A stretch of DNA of 63,948 nucleotides, filler included, from Pelomyxa schiedti (GCA_020536535.1; 10 parts of 10 records of this genome joined end to end with filler, not necessarily neighbours in it), one strand, 5' to 3'. Positions 21,510 through 34,278 are shown, numbered from the whole stretch's first letter. Translations and numbers: made by a program. The notes: generated by a model from the letters alone, not told the origin.

Positions 21510-24500
21510 TTAGGGAGACTCGGTACTTTTCTTAATAGCAACAAGCTCGCCGACAATCGTCTCGAAATCGGGACGGTTTTTGGGGTCTTGATGCCAGCAA
21601 CGTGTAATTAAGGCTGATATGGCTTCCGGGAATTCCTCGTCAAGTGGTAATCTCTGTGGTGATCGTTGTCAGTTGATTTGTGGTTTTGATCTTGTTTTTT
21701 TTTTTTTTGGGGAATGCCAGACCTTCCCTCCGACTACAAATTCGCATATCTCTGCCAAGAGGTTAGGTTGTCTTATTGGTGATAATTATGGGAAGGGGGG
21801 TTTTACTCCAATAGGAATTGAACTCTTCTTTCTCCGTGTATGGCTCTGGTGTGAGAGGTTAAAATGCAAATAGACACACAGAGTTAGTCAATACCAATCC
21901 CCGAGTACAAGCCGTGCATCAAAACACCATAACTAAAAGTAGTTGTAAATTTATCTGCCACTGGAGTAAAATGGGCATACCTGTAGACATCAGTGGGTTT
22001 GCCATAAGCTCCATTTTGGAGCACTTCAGGGCTCATATACGCTGGTGTTCTGAAAGGGAATAAATATGGAGCTAGAAAAATTGGCAGACTACCCAACAGC
22101 CGAGGTAAGTTGCAAAGCCTCCGAGTTACCCAGTTTAGTAATTTCTCTTGTAGTACCAAAATCTGATATCTTAGCACAGGCGGAGCTTTTGGAATCCAGT
22201 GAGGCAATGAGTACGTTATCAAGTTTCAAGTCACTGCAAGGTTATTAAAGCACAGCCAGGAGAGTAAAAATGCGAACAGTACCGATGTATAATGCCATTC
22301 TATGAGAAAAAAAATGAAATAGGAAAAAATCACATGGCCTTAGCACCACACAACAATTAAGGACAAAACCTTGTGCAAAAAGCTCATTCCCCTTGCAGTG
22401 TCACAAGCAATCCGCAACTTCATGGCAAGGTCAAGACTGTGTTTTTTTAGTACAGCACTTAAACTTCCATACTCAATGAATTCCTGAGGACGATAAACAG
22501 TTTGATAAAAAGAAATGAATATTGAAAACCGTCACGAGTGACAACTTGTTTCTTACATGTACAGCACCAATGAATGTGACAATCTAGGATACTTAAGAGA
22601 AATACGCAGAAAACAGTGGAATACCTGAGGGCAATGTAGAGCTTCCATAACTTTGACCTAAGACCCTCACCTGTGAGTTAACAAAAAAATGCAAGTTAAC
22701 AGCCACCTCTTTTTCGAAATCTTTCATCTTTGGATCTCCTGCTTGGAGTGAGTGCTGATTCTTCAATACCTTAGAGATGTCAGGGCTTCGTTTCCTTGAC
22801 TTACATTTATACCTTTACGGCCACAGATTGGCCCTGCCATTCACCCTTGTAGACAATACCAAACGATCCTGAAATTATTATGTTGACAAGTTTGGGGATA
22901 AAAATACAAGTTCTTGCCTTCACCTGGCAAGAGGTTAAGAGGAGAATAATAAATAGGGCCAACAAACCCAGTTGTGAATGAAGAATTATATCATTAGGAT
23001 CAAGTTTAGTTGATAACTTGCTTGAATGTGAAAAAAAAAGGACTGATGCACAATAATAACCTTAGATTCAACTTTCATTGGCAGCAGTGTATGTTGTACT
23101 TCTTCAGAATCAAAATTAGAACCTGGGACTTGTAAGAAACCAAACGTTACATTTTTGGTGTCTACCAGGTGCAATGGCTAAGTAGACATTTGTGTCTATC
23201 AGTGTTGTGAGAGGAATGACCATCATTACCTCAACACAGATTTCATGTTCCTATCCGAGTGCAGCTAAATTCAAGGAATAGGACCTTGAGTGACATACAG
23301 ATTTCAATACACCAGACTCTGGCTCGAATCGCAAGCGGTATTTATAGGAAGGGGGAGCCACCAGCTTGAAAGAAAAAGGTTTCTTTCCGTGATTCTGTAG
23401 GGTTATTTGATCGCGAATCTCCGTATCAACTTCAGCTTGGTGTGTGCTAAAGCCAAATGTGAGAGTATGGGGTTGAACCTAGTGGAAATTGATTACACAG
23501 TATTTACAGTGGAGGTATTATACATGAAGAGGAAAGTCTTCTATTGGCACAAATCTGGAAGATTTTTACAATTACCATCGATTTGGGAATAGTACGTGGA
23601 GTTGTTTGTATCGAAAAGTTCAGTGGTTGCATCTTCTTTTGGATCTTCTATCAAAGAGTTCAAAGGAATAGCTTTCATGATTTCTTGTTCTCTGAGGTGT
23701 GTGATTAATAAGAAGGGATGGTTTAACTACTCTGGCATCATTCTCCTCATTTTCCGTGCTACAACGAAAATTGCTGCCGCACTGGCCCCAATTACTACAA
23801 ATGCACAACCGATGATGATTCCCAACGTAGCACCAGATAGTCCTACATCAAGATCGCGATAAAGAAAATAAAGAATACGGAGCTTTACCATACTTGATTG
23901 TCAGAGCCGTTGAATTTTGGTTGGTATTTCCAGCATAATCCTGCAGGCCGAATCGCTTTAGATGTATTGAAACTTTAGATCCGGAGCCTGTGCGCGTAAC
24001 GTTGAGGTAGAATTCATGTTCCCTCAATGAGTACTCCACGTTGGGCACAGTCCCAAAAGGATCTATCTTGCACTTCCGGCACGTGAAAGATAATGAAGAA
24101 AAATTCCACACAGGCTCATTGCAGGTCATCCTTACAATAGCTCCATTGTGTAGGGAGGTAGGCTCATCCGTAAGTACCAAGTCACAGTTAGGTCCAGCCG
24201 TATCGGCGTAGCTGAAATAGTTCCAGCCACATATTGAGTCTACACACACTGTAATAGGCTCATGTGACTGGTTTCCTTTCTGTGCGAAGCATCTAATCTC
24301 GGTGTGCGGACTTATTATGGTAGCCTCGGAACACGCTCCATTTTCAGCAATTGTCACTTGAAGTTTATTGTCATATCGCCCAAAATTGAGTCCTGAGTTT
24401 AGTTGATTAAGACATTGCCATATATCTCTAAAAAAAAAAAAAAAGTACCTGTTAGATTAATGTACCCACCCCCAGTTGAAATAGTAGAAACATTTAGGAT

Positions 24501-27500
24501 AGTCGGGGCTAAGAGAAGGTGAATTCCACTCTAATGGCTGTGTAACTTACCTGTATAGTTAAAGGAAGAAATAGCAATTTGCCCATCAACTGTCAGGGAA
24601 AAAGCTACATGTCCAGTTCCCTCAGGCATTATAAAGCATACATGAGTTTCATTAGAACAAGTTGGTGTGACATTTTCCTCATTGACGGAAAGTTTCAGAA
24701 CGGTCTAAATGATCTTATTAGCATCATAATAGAATGACGGAAAGCATACGGAATCATTTCCAAAATTAGATCCAGTTATACATATTTCCCCACCCATTGT
24801 TGGTGGTTGATCCGTATGGTCAATTATAGGTGCTATGAGAGTAATTTGAGATATGCGAGTCTCTAAACAACTTCCCTCCCCCTTTTTTGTGTGGATGTAT
24901 TCTTTTGCCCACCTTGGTAGAAGAAATTGATGGGGGTGGAGCACTGTGAATGTTCGCCTGTAGGAGCACAAACTTTTAAGGATTGTAATATCCCAGTCCC
25001 TGGTGGGGCTAAGCAGCTGATTTGGCATTGATATTGACTTGGTGGATCCATAATGGTAATGTTGCTGCATGCCTCACCACCAATGTCAACATAGATGTCA
25101 GTGCTGTTACCAAAGTTTTTCCCAGTGATTATTATCTGGGACCCAGCTGTACTCGAATTGGTAGAAACTAGAACCAAAGGAGCTATTCTCATATCAGGCA
25201 TACCCAAAAAAAAACAAAACCAAACCTATGTAGTCAAAGTATATTGACGATGCCGCCAGACCTTGTACAATCACAAGTAGTTGGTGGTGTTTTCCTGTAC
25301 CAGGAGGTATGTTTACTTCTATGAGTTGTGCATTCTTGTAGGTGGCGATCCTACTCTCGCCACCATCAATCCTATAGGACACATTCCTGCACTCACTCCC
25401 ATCTCCAAAATTGGTTCCCTGAAGGATATGAATAAATATTCCTAGATGAGGAGTGGAGAGATACGATGAGCTGAACACTTTTATTTCCATATGTTGAAGC
25501 AATGCCTATGGGTTCAATCACAGGGGCTAAGAAATTTGTGTTGGTAAAAGAAGATGTTTTCAGATGATACCAAAATTGGAAAAAGAAGCAATCGCAAAGT
25601 TCGGAGAATTTGGGGGAACAGTAACTACTACTGTGTCTTCTGCTCCCGATACATTCTGAGGATAACAAGAGACATATGTATAGTTGAATAGTGTGATGTT
25701 GTCACAAGTCTTTCCATTGGTCTTAATATCAACTTGTGAAGACTCAAAGCCAAAATTATTTCCATTAATGTACAGAACAGTTTTAGTATTTTCAAGGGTA
25801 ATCGTGGCGTCGGAAATGGTTGGACCTGGGTGGGAGTAAACAAGACTTTTATGTGAGTTTTAGTAACCTTGGTAAGAAAAAATAGTCGCAGAACAAGTTT
25901 GCCCATACACTTTTGAGTTTGGTACAGTCACATTAATGGTGAGGTTTGTGCTGACTCCCTGAGGGGGAGTACAGGTAATCATACTATCACTAACCACGGT
26001 GGCGTTGGTGCACTGCTTGCCATCAATAGTAACATTCACAAGGGTATTTGAAGGTCCAAAGCCCCTACCAAAGATAGTGGTGCCTGGAATTCCTGTAACA
26101 CTTGTTGTTGTAGCCTGAGAGAGGCTTGGTGCTAATAAACCCTCATTAATTTTATACTCAGGAAGAGGAACAGGTACCACTATAAGAGAAATTAGTACTT
26201 GTCACAGTATTTTCTATCTGGAGGGACAAAGGCCAATTTTTTCCACAACCAGGAGGGGGGTAGCATGTGATATTGCAGCCATTGTTAACGTGGACATCAT
26301 TGCAATATAGGTCTCCTATTTTTATAATAGCCTCAGAATTTGTGTCTCCAAAATTTTTTCCAAGGATATGGAGGAGTTCTCGCCCATCTGTCTCTGCAGA
26401 AGAAACTCCAGTGATTTCAGGAGCTGTACCTGAATAAATATACTGTTTAACTTGTTGGGATGCACACCTGGGTAAGAAAAAACAGGATAAATACCCTCAA
26501 TTTCAGTTAGTCACAGACACATAATAGGGCAAGGTACCGGTGCATTATCAACTGTCACATTAACAGAGACATTTTGTCCAGCTCCACCAGAAAGGAAACA
26601 GGAAAGGCGAGTCTCTGGAGAAAGAATTTTGATGCTCGCGCAGTTCTTGCCTCCAATGGAGATATTCAAAACTCCGGTGTTAGTGCCAAAGTAATTGCCA
26701 TCAATGATAATTTCAGAGGCGAAAGTGCAAGATGAATTTGAAGTACCGATTGTAGCACTATATATTAGTGGGGCTGTAGCCATTTGGGAGTCACAATTTT
26801 TGAATTGGAAAAACGGACATACATTTATACGAAAATGAGGCATTTGTATTTTGCTTATTGACAGTCAAGTTCAGAAAGTGCTTTTTTCCTGTTCCAGATG
26901 GCGCAAAGAAACTGAAGGAAGAAGCGTTACTATTTGATGACTAGTTCGACACATACCTCAACTGCGTATGATTTACTTGACTAATGTTACATCGAGATCC
27001 CCCGATAGAGACAATAACGTCAGCAGGGTCTGCACCAAAATTTTGTCCTTGTATAGTTACAGGAGCGATGCCATCTGTGTCTCCCTCCTCAATTGATTTA
27101 ATCACAGGTCCTATGTGAACTTTCACAAAAAGACATTTTACAGGTGGAAGAGACGAAGTACCATGATAGGAAAATAGTGAACTGTTTACAGTATAATGAT
27201 CAGGTGTGATAAGTTCCACAGGCAAATTTGTACCAGTTCCTTCCGGTGGGAAGCAACTTACTAGTGAACCACCACTGGTACCCAGGCTTACTGCAGTCAC
27301 ATTTTCACAGTCCCGCTGATTAATCCGCACCTGCGGGGGGGTTTTGTTTGTCTCCGCCAGACGATAACCATAAATATTAGTTTTTTCTGTCCCATCTGTT
27401 CTAGCTGCCGTTACGTACACAAGTTTGGGTTCTGCAGGTTTTAGTGGAGGGAAAAACTTGCAAGATCAACCAGCACAAGGCCGTGCATCTCCAATACAAT

Positions 27501-28472
27501 TTCCGAGACCATCACATGTATCATTAACCGTGCACCAGATATCATCATCACATGAGGTATTACTGGAGAGTGGATATAGTTTCACAAGGGTTTCTTCTGC
27601 CCGGCATTCCTGAGACCAAGTGAGTGGCAAGCAGGGTTCACCTAGATGGAACCTGGCAGAGTTTCTTTCCTGAGACACACCCTTTCTTTGTGTAACACTG
27701 TTTAGTCTTCAAGCACTTCGTTATTAGGTCACAGTCCTCTCGTTGTGAGCAACCAGTGGAATTTATGCAGTTTCCAGTACTAGATGGGATTAAAATGGGA
27801 CAAATCCCAAAATTGAGGTGCATAAAGTACCAGTTGTATGAAACTTTTGCTGAAAAATTCGGAGCACTCAAGAGGTAATTGTCTGATATATCCCTTTAAT
27901 TGCACTATGAATAAACAGGCCCAAAAAAAAAAATGCAAGATCATACACGATAGTCAAATTGAGCCCTGCAGCAGATGCAGTTAAGTTACCAGCCAGGCCA
28001 AAGGAACGAAACTTCCTAAACTTCGCCGTTAGGAACGAGATAGGCATCCTGAAGGGGAAATAACAAAGCAGTGACATTGCCCACGGCGTCACACGAGACC
28101 CCTGGAATAATGCACAAATCAGTGTGTTCGTCACAGGGATCAACGTTGTAATAGATCCATGGAATAGGCTTGTTGTTGTTCTTGATGGAACAGAGCACTA
28201 TTCGTTGCTCTGGGAGTTCACCTACGCCTGGAGGAATTGTGGGAATGAATTTCCCGCGGAGCCAATGAAGGGAGGGGAAAAAAAAAAAAAAAAAGCGTGG
28301 AGTACGTACTCCTCATCACCATGTCCATTTCCATATCCCATATTTCAGCTTGGTCTTCCAGTTCGTCGTCGGAGATGGCCGACGAAAAACCCGAGAGTGC
28401 CACGAAAAGTACGACCACCGACGCCAAAAAGCCGTACTTCAACGTGCCGCTTGCGCGACGAAGCGTCATCAT
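21510..28472 (-). CDS. Receptor-type TKL protein kinase: signal peptide, Cys-rich repeats, several IPT/TIG repeats, one TM helix, kinase domain; many introns
   Basis: Signal-like MMTLRRASG...LASVVVLFVAL. TIG repeats such as ITGKNFG and VDIGGEAC. TM segment LGIIIGCAFVVIGASAAIFVV near 23760-23830. Spliced kinase motifs GEGSFG, VAVK, HRDLKLDN, DFG, YMSPE and RCWHQDPKNRPDF. Stop at 21510-21512. Confidence 0.9.
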
Positions 28473-29210
28473 GCGCCGTTGCCTCGATACGTTACAGCCT
28501 CTCATTTTCCCCGGTTGATTCCTCGAAGCCCGACGCGATTTCCGCTTTTGGTTTGAACCCAATCACAGAGTGATGAGAGAACCATGCCTCAGTATTCTGG
28601 GGAAGGGCAGAGAGTGGCGTATGTGTGTAGGGTGAGACTAACAACATGTCGAGAAGTGATTCCTGTCCTTCGTGCACTGCTCCAGTCTCTTATGAAGAAA
28701 CTGCAGCTTACTGGAGCACTCTTCTCCTTCCAGAGATTCGTGAACTGAGGAATCCCTCTTGGAAGGTGAGTCACTCTCCTGGAGGAGCTTGACCAACCAG
28801 GATGAGATAAGATTGGACACTCCGTTCCATTCACAGTGAAAGAAGTTCCACAGAGACATCTCAGGAAGGCACCCAGTCCACTTCAAACCTTGATGTTGCT
28901 GAAACCAATATGTTTGTTTGTGAAACATCCGTTTGGGGATGCACAGATCTCCGATTCGCTAAAGGATCAAATCCGCATCTGGCCATCCTCGATGCACAGA
29001 CTTAGGAAAAACCCCGCAGAAATACCCAAAAAAACACCAGGGCCATTTCTTACGAAAACATGTATTTTCCAAATAAAGACCAACCCCGTTTATTGATTGT
29101 GCGGCGTTTTTGCTATACCTTCAAAAAAAAAAGAAAATGGAGAAAGTACTTTTTTTTCCCCAACAATTGTTCTAACCCTTTAAACAATGGTTAACACTTT
29201 ATACTAATAC

Positions 29211-31346
29211 ATGGCCCCTTCCCCTCTTTTACCCAAAAGGACCCCCTGGACCAGCAGACCTCGCCCAAACTCAGTGTCCACTATGCTAGTACCAGTAGGC
29301 GTCACTCCCCGGTCCTCACGCCCACGACCCCTCGATATTCTCCTTACAAGACGCCCAGAGCGCCCCCTCGTAGTTTTCACGTCGTACAAAACGCGTCTCA
29401 GTCTCACAGCAGGAGGTCGTCTTCCTCTTCGTCGTCGTTCTCGTCGTCGCCCTGTAGCTCTCCCATAATGTGTTCAACGTCTTTCTCGGCGGCTGTGACG
29501 CTGTCGGGGCCTCTCGGCGAAAAAGCCGATTTTGGAGGTACATCGTCGTTCGCGGAAGAGACTGGTGGTGATTACGGGCCCATAATCCAGTCTTGTAGCA
29601 ACAAGTTCGTTTCCGAACTGAGCACTTCGCCGTGCAGAAGGCAGGTGAATTTGGAGGCCCCTATTCCTGATGCTCTGGGCGATTTTTTGGCTGTGAGAAC
29701 TCTTTCAGGTTGAACTATTAACATCCCCATTTGTAAGACTGCCAACTAACTTTGTCCAAATCCTTCCCTCTTTTCTTCACTCAGCATCACTTACTGAATG
29801 TGGAAACCAACCGTTTTCATCACCTCTGGCTACATGTGAGATTTATGATCCCCCATATCCACCACCCTTCTCGATAAGTGAAGGGATCACAAACCTACCT
29901 GACGAGTCAAGTGAGTACTCAGAATCCTATGAGGATTCTGGTTCTGAGTCTCCTGTATTTGACATTAATTCCGAATCTGGCAGTTGTGACTGTGAAAGTG
30001 ACAACGATCCAGAACAGGAACCAGCTCCTGAGATGTTCTTACTCTCGCCCCGCAATTCGAATGAAGTGCAGTGCAACAACCCACAGTGTCCTCCTTCACC
30101 CACAATCATTGCGTTGTCAGATTTGTTGAACAGGGCGCGATTGGTCCCACCATCACCCCCTCCTGCCCCGCCACCAGTGATAATTATTGCTTGTGGCTTT
30201 GCGTATTTGCCCAAGGAACTTCACTGGCTGATATTCATGAACTTACCTGTTGCTGACTTGTGCCGCTGTGCCAGAGTATGTAGGTCCTGGCAGCAGTGGA
30301 TTGACCAAATTTTGATTTTACCGGACATGTGGTTCCACTATCAGTACATTATTGCCCTGAAGAAGGAGGTGTGCCCAATTACATTTCGAAATATCTGACC
30401 GTACACAGCTCGTATGGTGCAAGTCGAACGGCAATTATTTTGTTGTTCAAACTGCCCTTACTGAGAAGATGCGCGCGATTCTTGTAAGCTTCCTTATGTT
30501 TGACTTTCTTCCTGAAGTTTTCTCAGTTGGAGTGGATGTTTGAAGTATCTGAGAATCTCCATTTGGGGGAACAATCGGCATTTACCGCAATGTGCCTCCT
30601 AGACCAATTCCTTGCCCGAACAACAGAGCAAGTACCACCGTCCAAGTTGCAGCTTTTTGGTGCCACAAGTTTGCTGACGGCCTCCAAAGCTGTCTCTACT
30701 TTTGAACCAACCCTTGGTCTTGCATCCAAGGTGACGTTCATGTCTGCTGGAACATTTACCCACCCGGAGGTGACCCTTCTTCCTTTTAGGTTACTTCTGT
30801 CTAACACCTTTCTAGCTGCTTCAAGCGGAGAAGAAAGTACTAAGCACTCTGAACTACAGACTTTTGGCCCCTAGTCCTTCCATGTTCTTGGAAATGTTTT
30901 TGGAGCTTCCTCAATTGCAGCCAGTTGTGTCTACAACGAACTTCACGAAACTTACTAAAGTAAGAGCTTGTATTTTTTCTTACTTACTCACTCACTCATC
31001 ATCTGCACAGTTCTATTTGGAAGTTTCAACCTTGAACTTCTCTTTACAGTTGCTAAAGCCATCCATTCTTTCTGCTGCGGTAATTATTCTCTCGGCACAC
31101 ACACTGGGGAAGTCAATTTGGGTACCGATTCTGCTCACTAATTTTTAACCTGACTTGCAACCTCAGTTTAAGCTGAATGAGTATATTCCGCTTTTTACTA
31201 GAAAAGAACTGAAAGAAATCGCGTTTTGCATGACACGGCTGCATGAACACATTCTGTTCATCCAAGCACAAACTACATTTACCAGCACTCTCCACAAATT
31301 CGAACCCATTTCTTCACTCACACCAATCCTCCCTCCCTTTGATTGA
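29211..31346 (+). CDS. F-box plus cyclin-box protein (cyclin F-like architecture); spliced
   Basis: F-box LPKELHWLIFMNLPVADLCRCARVCRSW is joined in frame through intron 30369-30408 to ...QTALTEKMRAIL|LEWMFEV...KLQLFGATSLL..SK. The start codon is uncertain. Confidence 0.85.
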
Positions 31347-31750
31347 AACAACCCAAGGGAATGTGAGGCCACATAATTCACTTACAGACACTGCTCCTTG
31401 TGACATCACCAACAATCCCCAGCAAACCCTCTGAGGGACTTTGGCACACAGGGATGTATCACTAACACAAGTATCCCCAAAGGGGAAATTCCCTAAGGAA
31501 TTTTCTCTGGATACACAACCCTCCCACGCACCCAAAACCAGGATAGACTTTTTTTTAGCAAACTTTGGCTGCTTCTTTAACTTAAGTTAAAAGGGTTTTC
31601 CTGAGACTTTGGGGAAAATTGTCTGAAGAGTTTTTTNNNNNNNNNNNNNNNNNNNNNNNNNNNNNNNNNNNNNNNNNNNNTTAATTAATTAANNNNNNNN
31701 NNNNNNNNNNNNNNNNNNNNNNNNNNNNNNNNNNNNGGAGAGAAAAACTT

Positions 31751-33712
31751 ATGGCTGAGTACCGCTTTTTGTTGTGTAAGTTGGCTCAGGCCATGTTTCC
31801 ACTTGTACCGAGGGTTGTGCGTGTACTTCAGGAGCTATACGAATGCAAGTCCTACTGTGCCCTGGTTTGTGCTGCGGAAGCTGGATGTGCATCTGTTGTA
31901 GACTGGATCCTGAGGCACAGAGGCACAAGGAACTTCAGAAAGGAGTGCATATCTGTGATGACCGGATTGTGTGCTGGAGGACACCTGGATATGGCTAAGA
32001 ATATAGCTGATGGTGATAGGGTCGGAATACATTGTATTCCATCCATAGCGTGGCCACCATCAGCAGTGGGAGATGATGACTTTGTGGATGAGGTGAGAGA
32101 GTCTTCCATACTGGAGAAAACATGTGGCAACGGCCACATGCGAGTTGCCCAGTGGGTGATAGACAGGTTCAGAGTGAGTGAGGCTTGGGAATTCATCAAA
32201 CCATTTCTCGCTGCTCTCACTGGGGGACAGCTTGACATCGCAAAATGGCTTACGACCTTGCCGGCTGCGGGCTTAAATGAGAACTTCCCGCTCCTTAATC
32301 AATTGGGATATCTTTGGATTGAGGCTGCCTACAGTGGCTCACCGGCTATTGCAAAGTGGTGCAGTGAAGTATGTCCGTTTCAGAGGGGAGGGCTGTACGA
32401 CAGTTCCTTCGTATTTTTCGCGGCATTACAGAGTGGTTCTCTGGAACATTGTAAGTGCATCAAGGCAGGACTTGAACTGGAGTGCCCACCCGATGCCAGC
32501 AGCTGTTGCAGTTCCATTCAGAATCTAGAGGTACTTAAGTGGGTGTTGTCAGCTTTCCCCAATGCTCTCACTGAAAAAAGGCTGAACGAATCCTGCAGAG
32601 AGATTGCAGACCTTTCAGTAGCCAAGTGGCTGGTAGAGGAACAACATCTCAATCCAACTGGTCTTAGTTTCTCTTCCACCTGTGCAAACAAGAAGGACGA
32701 TTTATCCCTGGTCAAGTGGTTGTCAACGAAAATAAGCCTCACACGGGAGCAAATACAAGAGTCAATGCTCCTTTCATTGGCGAACAACAACGTCAACACT
32801 GCTTTGTGGTTGGATGCAACTTTCCAGGTAATGGAAGAGATAAATTCCATTCCAAATACCTTAGGCTCCCTGCTCACCAAGTTGTCCAAATCCGTTTCAG
32901 GTGCTGATGACAGAATTGACGGCCTGGAATGGTTTCTGAAACGAATCCCTCTGTACCTTATTGAAGAAAGTTCTATCGCGGAATTACTTGCCACTTTAGA
33001 TGACAAATACTTGGTCAACAACGCACTGTTGGTGTTGGAGCGCTTTCACTTGCCGATTGAAAAATACCACGAGCTTATCTTCAATGTTCTTCTCAAGACT
33101 GTACAAACCAGAAAGCTCGATCAGGTAAAGAAAGTAATATCCTTGGGAGACTTCCAAAAATCTTCCATTGCACAATGTTTAACCCGGCCCGGCGTACCAA
33201 AATCCAGCAGAACAGTGAAGTGGCTTATCACGCATTACAACTTGAATCACCATGATGTATCGCTCAACGATAATATGCTGTTGTACGGCCTGATTACAAG
33301 CAATCGCAGAAGCTGTGCCGAGTGGCTTATAACTAACTTCGGAATAAGCATGGATGAGGTTTTTTATCTCCATTGTGTGAAAACCAACAAACTCAAAGCT
33401 TTGCAGATGATAGGAATGATGTACCGATGCAAACCGGTTTCTCACTCAAGCTCCGATTTCAATACGTGGAAGATGATTCTCAGACTCTACCCTACTATTA
33501 CACGCTCAGTTGTGCTGGAGAACTTCATGGTGTTGGCTACCCGGTCCCCGCTCTGTGCGGAACTTACAATGCGGAAGTGCAGCCTGAGTTTTGATCAAAT
33601 TTCCACCTTCTGCTCTGCCGACGTAACTGCCTATGGCTTCCCAATCAAGACTCGCCTTTGGTTGCAAACCCTACGACGGGCAACAACAGACAACCAACAA
33701 ACCAGAAGCTGA
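31751..33712 (+). CDS. Degenerate ankyrin-like repeat protein (653 aa, intronless; 5' end near the contig edge)
   Basis: Repeated ACxxGHLxxAxWL-type units (LCAGGHLDMAKN, TCGNGHMRVAQW, ALTGGQLDIAKW). Confidence 0.75.
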   Translation: MAEYRFLLCKLAQAMFPLVPRVVRVLQELYECKSYCALVCAAEAGCASVVDWILRHRGTRNFRKECISVMTGLCAGGHLDMAKNIADGDRVGIHCIPSIAWPPSAVGDDDFVDEVRESSILEKTCGNGHMRVAQWVIDRFRVSEAWEFIKPFLAALTGGQLDIAKWLTTLPAAGLNENFPLLNQLGYLWIEAAYSGSPAIAKWCSEVCPFQRGGLYDSSFVFFAALQSGSLEHCKCIKAGLELECPPDASSCCSSIQNLEVLKWVLSAFPNALTEKRLNESCREIADLSVAKWLVEEQHLNPTGLSFSSTCANKKDDLSLVKWLSTKISLTREQIQESMLLSLANNNVNTALWLDATFQVMEEINSIPNTLGSLLTKLSKSVSGADDRIDGLEWFLKRIPLYLIEESSIAELLATLDDKYLVNNALLVLERFHLPIEKYHELIFNVLLKTVQTRKLDQVKKVISLGDFQKSSIAQCLTRPGVPKSSRTVKWLITHYNLNHHDVSLNDNMLLYGLITSNRRSCAEWLITNFGISMDEVFYLHCVKTNKLKALQMIGMMYRCKPVSHSSSDFNTWKMILRLYPTITRSVVLENFMVLATRSPLCAELTMRKCSLSFDQISTFCSADVTAYGFPIKTRLWLQTLRRATTDNQQTRS

Positions 33713-33739
33713 ACATAACAACAACAAAAAAAAAAGAGA

Positions 33740-33821
33740 TGCGCCGGCTGGGATTCGAACCCAGGCTCCAAAGGAAATGCATCTTGAGTGCACCGCGTTA
33801 GACCAACTCCGCCACCGACGC
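33740..33821 (-). tRNA. tRNA-Leu(CAA)
   Basis: GCGTCGG/CCGGCGC acceptor stem, GTTCGAATC T-loop, anticodon arm GTGCA-CTCAAGA-TGCAT, long variable arm, and a downstream T-run terminator. Confidence 0.95.
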
Positions 33822-33918
33822 TTTCACAAATTCTGTCACTCTCTCAGGTGTTGGTTGTGAAAGAATTCCAGTAAAAAACGCCCACCAAGATGGAAGGAAA
33901 GACCTCGAACTTCATCGA

Positions 33919-34000
33919 GTGTTCTTGGCCGAGTGGTCTAAGGCGGTAGATTCAGGTTCTATTCACTTCGGTGGCGTGGGTTCGAACCCCACAGAACACA
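33919..34000 (+). tRNA. tRNA-Leu(CAG)
   Basis: GTGTTCT/AGAACAC acceptor stem, TGGCCGAGTGG A-box, GTTCGAACC T-loop, anticodon arm GTAGA-TTCAGGT-TCTAT, and a following T-run. Confidence 0.95.
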
Positions 34001-34040
34001 TCTTTTTTATTACTTTTTGTGTATGAGATGATGGGAGCCG

Positions 34041-34132
34041 TCATTCCATGTCGTCTATTTCATATTCTTCATAGAATGGGTACTCGTTAATGAGGTCGGC
34101 GGCATTACTCTGGGCCTCAGTGAATTCCATCT
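34041..34132 (-). CDS. TUBB: Last exon of a divergent beta-tubulin (rest of the gene lies beyond the contig edge); not in the ORF track
   Basis: After the acceptor ...tgcag the exon reads (E)MEFTEAQSNAADLINEYPFYEEYEIDDME*, compared with canonical [21 protein letters not shown]. Confidence 0.8.
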
Positions 34133-34278
34133 CTGCATGTGTTGAAATGAAATGATAAAAGAATTTGAGTGAGAGTGTNNNNNNNNNNNNNNNNNNNNNN
34201 NNNNNNNNNNNNNNNNNNNNNNTTAATTAATTAANNNNNNNNNNNNNNNNNNNNNNNNNNNNNNNNNNNNNNNNNNNN

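Noticed and set aside
31576-31591. Perfect 16-bp palindrome TTTAACTTAAGTTAAA
   Set aside because: A single AT-only occurrence near a contig end with no supporting context.
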